Assembly: GCA_021811105.1 (NCBI GenBank)
Contig: JAJZPM010000005.1
Location: forward strand, 38,234 to 102,233
Source: Nitrospirota bacterium
GTDB taxonomy: Bacteria > Nitrospirota > Thermodesulfovibrionia > Thermodesulfovibrionales > UBA6898
Direction: 5' to 3'
Length of the DNA: 64,000 nucleotides
In this document: piece after piece, positions 25,541 through 33,780 of the stretch
Position numbering within the stretch: the first letter of the stretch is position 1
Layout of the letters: each line of letters starts with the position of its first letter
The notes under the pieces: model-generated
What the model was told of the DNA's origin: nothing
The model's database searches: none
The model's input: the letters and a program-made list of their open reading frames with translations, nothing else
Translations under genes and position numbers: made by a program

Positions 25541-27637
25541 ATGGCAAACTTTGAGGTAGCGAAGATCAGGAATGTGGCGGTGATTGCGCACGGCGGCGCG
25601 GGAAAGACGTCTCTTGTCGAGGCGATGCTCTATGATGCGGGCATGACCGACAGGCTCGGAAACGTGCAGGACGGCACCACGGTCACCGATTACGAGCCCG
25701 AGGAGATCGACCGGAAGATCACGATCACCTCCGCACTCGCCTTCTGCGACTGGGACAAGCACCGCATTAACCTCATGGACACGCCCGGCTTCATCAATTT
25801 TATCGAGGACACGAGGGGGTGTCTCAGGGTCGCCGACGGGGCGGTCATCATCGTGAGCGCTATGTCCGGCGTGAAGGCCGAGACAGAGAAGGTCTGGAAA
25901 TACGCATGCGAGGTCGAAATACCGAGGATTGTTTTCATAAATAAGATGGACAAGGAGACTGCGAATTTCGAGAGGGCGCTCGGCGAACTCGAAAAATCAT
26001 TCGATACAGAGGGGATACCACTTCAGATCCCGATAGGCATCGGAGATAACTTTACGGGTGTGGTCGATATCGTGAAGATGAAGGCCTACCGGTTTGCGAA
26101 CGGGAAGCCGGAAGAATCGGATGTCCCTGCCGAAATGAGGCCGGAGGCTGACGCATACAGGAAGAAGCTTATCGAGAAGGTCGCGGAATCCGACGACAAA
26201 CTCCTCGAAAAATATCTTGAGGGAGGAGAGCTTACGCACGACGAGATCATGAACGGCATAAAGGAAGGTTCGCTGACAAGAAAGTTCATCCCGGTGACAT
26301 GCGGATCGGCCCTGAAGAATATCGGCATTCCCAGCCTGATCGATTCGATCATCCTCTGCCTGCCTTCCCCGGCCGAGATGGCCTCCATATCGCCTGTCAA
26401 GGGCAAGAACCCCAAAGACCAGAGCGATGTCCTGAGAAAACCGGCTGAAAACGAGCCCCTGGCCGCCTACGTCTTCAAGACGATCGCGGACCCTTACGCC
26501 GGAAAACTCTCGCTCTTCAGGGTATATTCGGGCACGCTGAAGGCGGATTCAACTGTATACAATTCGACGACGGATTCGAAGGAAAGGGTCGGACAGCTCT
26601 TCTACCTGCTCGGCAAGAAGCAGACGCCCGCGCAGTCTCTTGGTGCCGGCGAGATCGGCGTTGTTGCAAAGCTGAAAGGGACGAACACCGGCGACACGTT
26701 CTCGGACGAGGCTAAGCCGATTGTCTTCGATAAGGTGAAATTCGCCGACCCGATCATATCCTATGCTATCGCGCCGAAGAGCAAAGGAGATGAAGAGAAG
26801 GTCAGCCAGAGCCTTCACCGCGTGCTCGAAGAGGACCCGACGCTGAGGTTTTCGCGGGATGAGGAGACGAAGGAGATGCTTATCTCCGGCATGGGACAGG
26901 TCCATATCGAAGTCGCCCTCGAACGACTCAAGAGGAGGTTCGGCGTCGAGGTCGAGATGAAGACGCCGAAGATACCTTACCGCGAAACGATAAAGGGGGC
27001 CACCAGCGTCCAGGGCAAATACAAAAAGCAGTCCGGCGGCAAGGGGCAGTACGGCGATTGTCATATCAGGGTCGAGCCCCTGCCGAGAGGCACCGGTTTC
27101 GAGTTCGTCGACAAGATCGTCGGCGGGTCAATCCCCAGGCAGTATATACCTGCCGTAGAAAAGGGGATCATAGATGCGATGCATGAAGGCGTGGTCGCCG
27201 GATATCCGATCGTCGATCTGCGGGTCACGCTGTTCGACGGTTCCTACCATACGGTCGATTCCTCTGAGATGGCGTTTAAGATAGCAGGCTCCATGGCGAT
27301 CAAGAAGGCGGTGACCGAGGCCAAGCCGACCCTGCTGGAGCCCATCGTGAGGGTCGAGGTCACGACGCCGGACGATACCCTCGGTGCGGTGATCGGAGAC
27401 CTCAATTCAAAGAGGGGAAAAGTCCAGGGTGTCGAGCCGCAGGCCGGCGGGAACCAAAAGATCATGGCCCTGGCGCCGATGTCCGAAATGCTCACCTACG
27501 CAAACCAGCTCCATAGTCTCACGTCCGGACGCGGACTCTATTCGATGGAATTTTCTCACTATGAGGAAGTGCCTTCGCATCTTGCGCAGAAGATCGTCGC
27601 CGAGCGGCAGGCCCAAAAAGAAGAGAAGAATGCATAA
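25541..27637 (+). CDS. Elongation factor G paralogue (EF-G2-like)
   Basis: IRNVAVIAHGGAGKTSLVEAML, DTPGFINF and NKMD G-motifs, with the full five-domain length (698 aa). It is not located in a str operon. Confidence 0.9.
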   Translation: MANFEVAKIRNVAVIAHGGAGKTSLVEAMLYDAGMTDRLGNVQDGTTVTDYEPEEIDRKITITSALAFCDWDKHRINLMDTPGFINFIEDTRGCLRVADGAVIIVSAMSGVKAETEKVWKYACEVEIPRIVFINKMDKETANFERALGELEKSFDTEGIPLQIPIGIGDNFTGVVDIVKMKAYRFANGKPEESDVPAEMRPEADAYRKKLIEKVAESDDKLLEKYLEGGELTHDEIMNGIKEGSLTRKFIPVTCGSALKNIGIPSLIDSIILCLPSPAEMASISPVKGKNPKDQSDVLRKPAENEPLAAYVFKTIADPYAGKLSLFRVYSGTLKADSTVYNSTTDSKERVGQLFYLLGKKQTPAQSLGAGEIGVVAKLKGTNTGDTFSDEAKPIVFDKVKFADPIISYAIAPKSKGDEEKVSQSLHRVLEEDPTLRFSRDEETKEMLISGMGQVHIEVALERLKRRFGVEVEMKTPKIPYRETIKGATSVQGKYKKQSGGKGQYGDCHIRVEPLPRGTGFEFVDKIVGGSIPRQYIPAVEKGIIDAMHEGVVAGYPIVDLRVTLFDGSYHTVDSSEMAFKIAGSMAIKKAVTEAKPTLLEPIVRVEVTTPDDTLGAVIGDLNSKRGKVQGVEPQAGGNQKIMALAPMSEMLTYANQLHSLTSGRGLYSMEFSHYEEVPSHLAQKIVAERQAQKEEKNA

Positions 27638-28334
27638 AAGGAGAGCGCTTGTCCTCTTCTTGCTGGTTTTTTTTGCCGGTGTCCCGGTTTTTGCGGCGGC
27701 AGCCGGCAGGGAAGGTGAGACCACAGGAGATGAAGGGACTGCCCTTCAAAGCGAAATCCCGAGGCCTCTTTCCCGGGTCGAAGTAAAAAACGGCCGCCTC
27801 AGTGTCGAACTTGTCGATGCAGGTTTCGGGGAAGTGATGCAGGCGATCTCCGAAAAATCGGGAATAAAGATGGAGATTGCCGGCGGCGTATATGTGAAGA
27901 CGGTGACGACTTCGTTCATCGATCTCGACCTAGAAAGGGGAATCGCAAGACTGCTGTCGCTTGTGAAAGAAAAGAACTACATGATACGGTATGACACGAA
28001 GGGGATGGTGAGTAAAGTGGAGGTGTACGGCTCCGGGGCAACGCCGGTCAAACAGGATGTTTCGACGAAACCCCGGCCCCTGCCTGCCGAAACAGCTTCC
28101 TTCCCTCCTGCCCGTTCGCGGCCGCGGGGTATGCCGGCGGTCCGCAAGAACCCTCCCGCTTCGAAGAGAATATTGTCCCCTATTCAGGAGACCGGGACGG
28201 ACCGTTCTGCTTCAAAAGAGACCCGCATGGAGGAAAAAGAAGACGCTGACAGCGAGGGGTATGAGGAAGAAATGCCCTTTGAACCCGCCGGGAAAATCCC
28301 CGTCTATATTCCGCCCCAGCGCCAGGGAAATTAA
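27630..28334 (+). CDS. Hypothetical secreted protein with a Pro-rich C-terminal half
   Basis: MHKRRALVLFLLVFFAGVPVFAAAAG signal peptide. The start overlaps the EF-G stop by 8 nt. The longer ORF-track version (27429) overlaps EF-G and was rejected. Confidence 0.5.
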   Translation: MHKRRALVLFLLVFFAGVPVFAAAAGREGETTGDEGTALQSEIPRPLSRVEVKNGRLSVELVDAGFGEVMQAISEKSGIKMEIAGGVYVKTVTTSFIDLDLERGIARLLSLVKEKNYMIRYDTKGMVSKVEVYGSGATPVKQDVSTKPRPLPAETASFPPARSRPRGMPAVRKNPPASKRILSPIQETGTDRSASKETRMEEKEDADSEGYEEEMPFEPAGKIPVYIPPQRQGN

Positions 28335-28370
28335 TTATCGGCAACCCCGGCGCGGGCTGCTGTTGTCAAA

Positions 28371-28400
28371 TTGAATTTCCGGCATTTTTTAGGCTATCAT
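28371..28400 (+). promoter_or_regulatory. Candidate promoter TTGAAT-18-TATCAT ending 7 nt before the rmlA ATG (leaderless-like)
   Basis: Direct reading. There is no SD between the -10 element and the ATG at 28408. Confidence 0.35.
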
Positions 28401-28407
28401 ATACCGC

Positions 28408-29472
28408 ATGAAGGCGTTGATATTGAGCGGAGGGAAGGGGACTCGTCTCAGGCCGCTGACCTACTCGGGTGCTAAACAGCTTGTCCCTGTGGCGAACAGA
28501 CCGATCCTTTTTTACTGCATCGACAACATCGTGCAGGCGGGGATCAGGGACATCGGTATTATCATTTCGCCCGAGACCGGCGAGGAGATACGCGAGGCGG
28601 TGGGCGACGGCAAGCTGTGGAACGCGAAGATCACCTACATCCAGCAAGATGCGCCTGCAGGCCTGGCGCATGCCGTAAAGACTGCGGCGCCTTTCCTCAA
28701 GAAATCGCCCTTCGTGATGTACCTCGGCGACAACCTCATCGGGAGAGACATCAGGAAATTCGTCGAGGATTTCGCTAAAAAGAAGTCCGATGCGCTTATA
28801 CTCCTGAAGGAGGTCGACAATCCGAAACAGTTCGGCGTTGCCGAGGTGTCCGGAAAGGGAAATATCATCAGGCTGGTCGAAAAGCCCGATAACCCGCCCT
28901 CGAATCTGGCCCTTGTCGGCGTCTACATCTTTTCTCCGAGAATCCATGAAGCCATCGAGCGCATCAACCCGTCGAAGCGGGGTGAACTCGAAATCACCGA
29001 CGCCATACAGGAACTGGTCTTTATGGGAAAACGGGTGAGGAGTTTCGTGCTCGACTCATGGTGGCTCGATACCGGCAAGAAGGACGACCTCCTCACAGCG
29101 AACGCGATCGTGCTCGACGAATGGGGGAAGAAGAACATCGCCGGTACCGTAGACAAGTCGAGCAAGGTCCTCGGGAGAGTGACGGTGGCTAAGACTTCTC
29201 TCGTGAAAGGCAGCACTATCCGCGGCCCTGTGGTGATCGGCGAACACACGATCATCGAAAATTCCTTTATCGGGCCGCATACCAGCATCGGGGAAAACGT
29301 CAGGGTGATCAACTCATCGATAGAGCACTCCGTCGTGATGAACGGCAGCGAGGTGCTGAACATCGATCGGCTTGAAGAGAGCCTGATCGGCAGGAGGGTC
29401 AGGATAGTGAAGAACAGCAGGCACAGCGCCCTGCGGCTCATGCTTGGTGATGATTCGGTGATGGAGGTATAA
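28408..29472 (+). CDS. rmlA: Glucose-1-phosphate thymidylyltransferase, long form (with a C-terminal left-handed beta-helix)
   Basis: LSGGKGTRLRPLTYSGAKQLVPVANRPIL. Hexapeptide repeats at the C-terminus. Context with rmlC, rmlB and rmlD. Confidence 0.85.
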   Translation: MKALILSGGKGTRLRPLTYSGAKQLVPVANRPILFYCIDNIVQAGIRDIGIIISPETGEEIREAVGDGKLWNAKITYIQQDAPAGLAHAVKTAAPFLKKSPFVMYLGDNLIGRDIRKFVEDFAKKKSDALILLKEVDNPKQFGVAEVSGKGNIIRLVEKPDNPPSNLALVGVYIFSPRIHEAIERINPSKRGELEITDAIQELVFMGKRVRSFVLDSWWLDTGKKDDLLTANAIVLDEWGKKNIAGTVDKSSKVLGRVTVAKTSLVKGSTIRGPVVIGEHTIIENSFIGPHTSIGENVRVINSSIEHSVVMNGSEVLNIDRLEESLIGRRVRIVKNSRHSALRLMLGDDSVMEV

Positions 29473-29478
29473 GCACCG

Positions 29479-29919
29479 GTGGAAGGCGTGGTGATAAAAG
29501 AACTGAACGCGTACCACGACGATAGGGGGTGGCTCGCCGAGATATTCAGGGATGATGAGACGGACTACCGGGCGGTCATGTCGTATGTCTCGATGACGCG
29601 GCCGAATGTGGCAAGGGGTCCGCACGAGCATATCGAACAATCCGATTTCTTCTGCTTTCTCGGGATATTCAGGCTTTATCTATGGGACAACAGGAAAGGC
29701 TCCGCGACGTACGGAAAGAGGATAGTATTTGAGGGCAAGGGTACGCCTTTTACTGCAATCGTCCCCCCCGGGGTGGTGCACGCTTACAGGAACATCGGAA
29801 GCACCGACGGACTTGTCCTTAACCTGCCCGACAGGCTTTATCGTGGGCATGGGAAGGCCGGTCCGGTGGATGAGGTCAGATACGAGGACGATGCTTCTTC
29901 GCCGTTCAGGATAGACTGA
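29479..29919 (+). CDS. rmlC: dTDP-4-dehydrorhamnose 3,5-epimerase-family cupin (short form)
   Basis: DDRGWLAEIFR...RGPHEH...D.R..S.T.G pattern, plus operon context. Confidence 0.7.
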   Translation: MEGVVIKELNAYHDDRGWLAEIFRDDETDYRAVMSYVSMTRPNVARGPHEHIEQSDFFCFLGIFRLYLWDNRKGSATYGKRIVFEGKGTPFTAIVPPGVVHAYRNIGSTDGLVLNLPDRLYRGHGKAGPVDEVRYEDDASSPFRID

Positions 29920-30941
29920 TGAAGATACTCGTTACCGGCGGCGCGGGGTTTATCGGCTCCAATTTTATCCGGCATATGCTTAAGTCCTATCCGGAGTACG
30001 AGGTCATCAACCTCGACCTGCTCACCTATGCCGGCAATCTTGAAAATCTCTCTGATCTCGAAGATATTCCGAATTACCGGTTCGTAAAGGGCGATATCTG
30101 CGACCGTGGCCTGCTTGAAGGTATAGGGTTCGATGCAATCGTCCATTTCGCCGCGGAGAGCCACGTCGACAGGAGTATCCTCGATTCCACGCCTTTTCTC
30201 CGGACCAACGTCATCGGGACGCAGTGTCTTCTCGATATCGCACGGAAGCGGCGGTGCAGGATGGTCCATGTCTCGACCGACGAGGTATACGGATCGATCG
30301 AAAAAGGGTCGTTTCATGAGGAATCCCCCCTCATGCCGAACAGCCCGTATGCGGCGAGCAAGGCCTCATCCGACCTTATCGCCAGGAGCTACCACGAGAC
30401 CCACGGTCTGGACGTCGTAATCACGAGATGTTCCAACAATTACGGGCCCTATCAGTTTCCGGAGAAACTGATCCCCCTCGTGATCGCAAACGCTATCCGC
30501 AACAAGCCGGTCCCGGTATACGGAGACGGGCTGAACGTGCGCGACTGGCTTTTTGTCGGTGACCACTGCCGCGCGGTCGATATCGTGCTTCATAAGGGCA
30601 GGGCCGGCGGGGTCTACAATATCGGCGGCAAGAATGAACAAAAAAACATCGACATCGTCAGGAAGCTGCTTATGACGGTCGCCCGCAAGACCGGCTCATC
30701 CGAGGGCCCGTTTCTCGGACTTATCACCTTTGTGAAAGACAGGCCCGGTCACGACCGGAGATACGCCATCGACCCTTCGAAGATGGAACGGGAATTCGGC
30801 TGGGGGCCGGCTACCGGTTTCGACGAGGGAATAGAGGCGACCGTGGACTGGTATCTGGCGCACCGGGCGTGGTGGGAACGGATCATCTCCGGCGCGTATC
30901 GCGAATACTACCAGCTGCAGTATGGAAAAAAGGCGGACTGA
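29919..30941 (+). CDS. rmlB: dTDP-glucose 4,6-dehydratase
   Basis: MKILVTGGAGFIGSNF, YAASKASSDLI (YxxxK) and DVVITRCSNNYGPYQFPEKLIP. Confidence 0.95.
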   Translation: MKILVTGGAGFIGSNFIRHMLKSYPEYEVINLDLLTYAGNLENLSDLEDIPNYRFVKGDICDRGLLEGIGFDAIVHFAAESHVDRSILDSTPFLRTNVIGTQCLLDIARKRRCRMVHVSTDEVYGSIEKGSFHEESPLMPNSPYAASKASSDLIARSYHETHGLDVVITRCSNNYGPYQFPEKLIPLVIANAIRNKPVPVYGDGLNVRDWLFVGDHCRAVDIVLHKGRAGGVYNIGGKNEQKNIDIVRKLLMTVARKTGSSEGPFLGLITFVKDRPGHDRRYAIDPSKMEREFGWGPATGFDEGIEATVDWYLAHRAWWERIISGAYREYYQLQYGKKAD

Positions 30942-31765
30942 TGAAGATAGCTGTGACAGGCTCTGAAGGCATGCTCGGCCATGATATCGAGCGGGTCTTT
31001 TCTGACGTGGAGCTCGTCGGACTTACCTACGATACGCTCGATATCACCAAGCTCGATGCGGTGGTGGAGCGGATAAGGGAGATAAAGCCGGATTATGTGA
31101 TCAACGCTGCAGCATTCACCGACGTCGACCGGTGCGAATCGGAACCCGACCTCGCATACCTCGTCAACGGTCTCGGCGCGAGGAATATCACAATCGCCTG
31201 CGAGGAGGCCGGATGTCCGGTCGTGCAGATCAGCACGGATTACGTCTTCGACGGTGAAAAAAAAGGCCCGTACAACGAATGGGACGATACGAACCCCGTC
31301 AACCAATACGGGCTGTCGAAGCTTTTGGGAGAGCGGTTCGTCATGTCTCTCACAAACAGGTATTACATCGTGCGGACCTCGTGGCTTTACGGCAAAAACG
31401 GGAAAAACTTCGTCGATACGATAGGGAAGCTCCTTTCGGAACGGGAAGGGATAGATGTGGTGAACGACCAGGTCGGCTCCCCGACCCATACCGCGGACCT
31501 CGCGAAGAAGCTGAAGGAGATCGTAGGGAAAGGATACGGGACATACCACGTCACGAACTCCGGGAAATGTTCATGGTATGAGTTCGCCGTTGCGATCGCC
31601 AGGAAGAGAGGGATCGGCAAAAGGATCACGCCGGTAACCTCGGAGATGTTCAAAAGGCCCGCCAGGAGACCGGCGAATTCGGTCCTCGGACATACGATGC
31701 TGAGACTCGAAGGGCTTGGCGGGATGCGCCATTGGGAAGAGGCGCTCACGGATTATCTGGCATAG
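30941..31765 (+). CDS. rmlD: dTDP-4-dehydrorhamnose reductase
   Basis: MKIAVTGSEGMLG, YGLSKLLGE and IVRTSWLYG. TGATG overlap with rmlB. Confidence 0.9.
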   Translation: MKIAVTGSEGMLGHDIERVFSDVELVGLTYDTLDITKLDAVVERIREIKPDYVINAAAFTDVDRCESEPDLAYLVNGLGARNITIACEEAGCPVVQISTDYVFDGEKKGPYNEWDDTNPVNQYGLSKLLGERFVMSLTNRYYIVRTSWLYGKNGKNFVDTIGKLLSEREGIDVVNDQVGSPTHTADLAKKLKEIVGKGYGTYHVTNSGKCSWYEFAVAIARKRGIGKRITPVTSEMFKRPARRPANSVLGHTMLRLEGLGGMRHWEEALTDYLA

Positions 31766-31769
31766 GCCT

Positions 31770-32399
31770 ATGTTCAGGTGCCTTAAGCTGCTCATCCTTC
31801 TTCTCGTCCTTGCAGGAATAGTCTATTTCGGGCACGGCTTTCTGCTCGAAAAGGCCGGGGGGTATCTCCTTGCGAAAGACGAGCTCAAGCCTGCCGATGT
31901 GATCGTGGTGCTCGGCGGGGAAAAGTCTGAACGCGTCGAATACGGAGTGAAACTCTTCAAGGAGGGATGGGCGAGGAAAGACCGGATCATCATGACGGGC
32001 GGTCCCATCGTCGGCAGATATACCTGGGCCGGGGTGATGAAGGAACAGGCAGAGGCGCTCGGCGTCCCCGGGAAGGACATCTTCCTTGCCGACCGGTCGA
32101 TGTCGACCGAAGAAGATGCAGAATATACTGCTGATATAGTGAGAAGACAGAGGTACAAATCTCTGATTCTCGTCACATCGCCTTATCACAGCAGACGGGC
32201 ATCGATCTATTTCAGACGGATAGTCCCCGGCGTGACAATTGTCAGCGCCCCCGTCGAAAAGAGCTGGTTCAGTTTGGATGGATGGTGGAAGAGACCGCGC
32301 GACAGGGACACCGTCTTCAGCGAATATGCGAAATTTATCAAGCTCTGGATATTCGGACGCCGGCAGAGCGGTCCTGCCGCGGCCCATGTTGCCGGTTGA
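31770..32399 (+). CDS. DUF218/YdcF (ElyC/SanA-like) family protein
   Basis: N-terminal TM segment, DVIVVLGGE and LVTSPYHSRRA motifs. Confidence 0.75.
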   Translation: MFRCLKLLILLLVLAGIVYFGHGFLLEKAGGYLLAKDELKPADVIVVLGGEKSERVEYGVKLFKEGWARKDRIIMTGGPIVGRYTWAGVMKEQAEALGVPGKDIFLADRSMSTEEDAEYTADIVRRQRYKSLILVTSPYHSRRASIYFRRIVPGVTIVSAPVEKSWFSLDGWWKRPRDRDTVFSEYAKFIKLWIFGRRQSGPAAAHVAG

Positions 32400-33059
32400 T
32401 AGCTGCGATGTTATTTTGCCGTCTTCACAATCTGCTCCGCGACATAATTTGTAAGCAGCGGGTCTTTTCGCCCCAGCACCCGACTCCAATCTGCCGAATG
32501 AGGCTACGCCGATAGCCCACTCGGATATGTTAAATCCGGGGACTATGTAAGTTTTATGACATCTGGAATTGCCTTTCCAGACACCGCGAAGTGGTGTCAC
32601 ACTTTTCACTCTAAAATCAAAGACAGGCGCACCGGCGTCCGCAGCCATTCTCTTTCCGGGAGATGTGCCTGCAGTTGCAGCTGCTACTTCAGCGGCGCTC
32701 AGCTGTCGGGTCGAAACCAACTCAAGACTGGCATCATATTTTTCAGAGCCCATGACAAGCGACGCAATGTTCACTGTCAATTGCTCGGACTGAAACAGCT
32801 GCGACTGGGGGGCGCAGTTTTGGGTCGTTTCTCTTGCGTCTGCAATAATAAACCCCAAAAGCTCGTTTGAAGGACCGGCATTGCCGACATACTTCAGATC
32901 CAGAGAATAGAGTTTGTCGAGGTAACTGATGACCGGGATATGCAAGATAAGGTCAGTCCAGTTACAGTATATTCGTACAACGAAGTAAATAAGGCGCGGG
33001 GGCAATCAGCCAAAATGAAAACCAAAAAGGCGTTATTCCCCGTCTGCTGGATGCGTTTG

Positions 33060-33321
33060 TTACCCTTGTTGTTTAATAATTCTTTCGTATTCGTCATGGG
33101 TCCCGATCCAAACCCAGATGAAATCGTGACCGTCTTCGACGGCGAGAGCTCTATAATTCATTCCAGCCCCTTATGGACCAGAACTTTCCTATTTTCTTGA
33201 AATGAAGTGATGGATGAGAGGAATCGGTTTTCAGTCGTTCAAAATTCTTTTTGGCCGTTTTTTGAGCTGGGTCGGGCAGCCGGTCGAAACATTCCCAGAA
33301 GCGATCTGTCGAACGGTGCAA
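33060..33321 (-). pseudogene. RelE/ParE-family toxin gene disrupted by a 1-nt frameshift
   Basis: The TTG start directly follows the antitoxin stop. Frame a gives ...HPSLHFKKIGKFWSIRGWNEL*, stopping at 33151-33153. Frame b continues NYRALAVEDGHDFIWVWIGTHDEYERIIKQQG* to 33060. The total of 262 nt is not a multiple of 3. Confidence 0.6.
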
Positions 33322-33522
33322 TTATAGTTCTCTTAATTTATTTTGTGACTTAGCTTCTAATGCTTCTTTGACTAAAAAAGCCAATTTCCCCGATTCGGAG
33401 TCCTCGGCAAGTTGGCGGTCCCATTTTTCCCAATCTTTTTCAGTGAACCACCGCCACAATTCCTTGTATTCCTGTTCGGGCAACGAGTCAATGGCTTCTT
33501 TAATTTCTTCTACCTTTGACAT
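33322..33522 (-). CDS. Small antitoxin-like protein (66 aa)
   Basis: AAGGAG lies 6 nt before the ATG at 33522. Sequence MSKVEEIKEAIDSLPEQEYKELWRWFTEKDWEKWDRQL... It sits directly upstream of the toxin remnant. The ORF-track N-terminal extension runs into the 129-bp repeat and was rejected. Confidence 0.55.
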   Translation of the reverse strand: MSKVEEIKEAIDSLPEQEYKELWRWFTEKDWEKWDRQLAEDSESGKLAFLVKEALEAKSQNKLREL

Positions 33523-33544
33523 GGCAACTCCTTGGCTATAGTAT

Positions 33545-33673
33545 ACCCTAACGTTGCATAAAGTGTGTGTATTTAGGCCGTCATTCCCGCAGTCTTTAGG
33601 CGGGAATCCATTCTTAAGAAAACATGGATGCCCGACTGAGAACCTCGGGCATGACGGAAAAAGAACTATGACC
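33545..33673 (+). repeat. 129-bp structured repeat, copy A (MITE-like; contains the GTCATTCCCGCAGTCTTTAGGCGGGAATCC hairpin)
   Basis: Hand alignment gives 127/129 identity to the reverse complement of 50038-50166. Confidence 0.9.
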
Positions 33674-33780
33674 TGGAGGCAACATTCGGTGAACTCCAAC
33701 GTAAGAGTGTCATCAGGCTCAAGAGCCCGTCAATCAAGCTTTTGTGGCTGTTAATTTACAATCTTTATGCAACTGGAAGG

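Noticed and set aside
27429-28334. 301-aa ORF-track call overlapping the last 200 nt of EF-G.
   Set aside because: The upstream part is out of frame inside fusA. A signal-peptide-bearing start (MHKRRALVLF...) exists at 27630.
31746-33005. 419-aa minus-strand ORF.
   Set aside because: Its C-terminal 650 nt run antisense through the well-supported YdcF/DUF218 gene, and no family signature is present. At most the 5' third (32400-33005) could be a gene remnant; see the finding at 32400-33060.
33322-33699. 125-aa version of the antitoxin-like ORF from the ORF track.
   Set aside because: The first 59 codons read through the 129-bp repeat (a translation artefact, ...CPRFSVGHPCFLKNGFPPKDCGNDG). A strong AAGGAG SD precedes the internal ATG at 33522.
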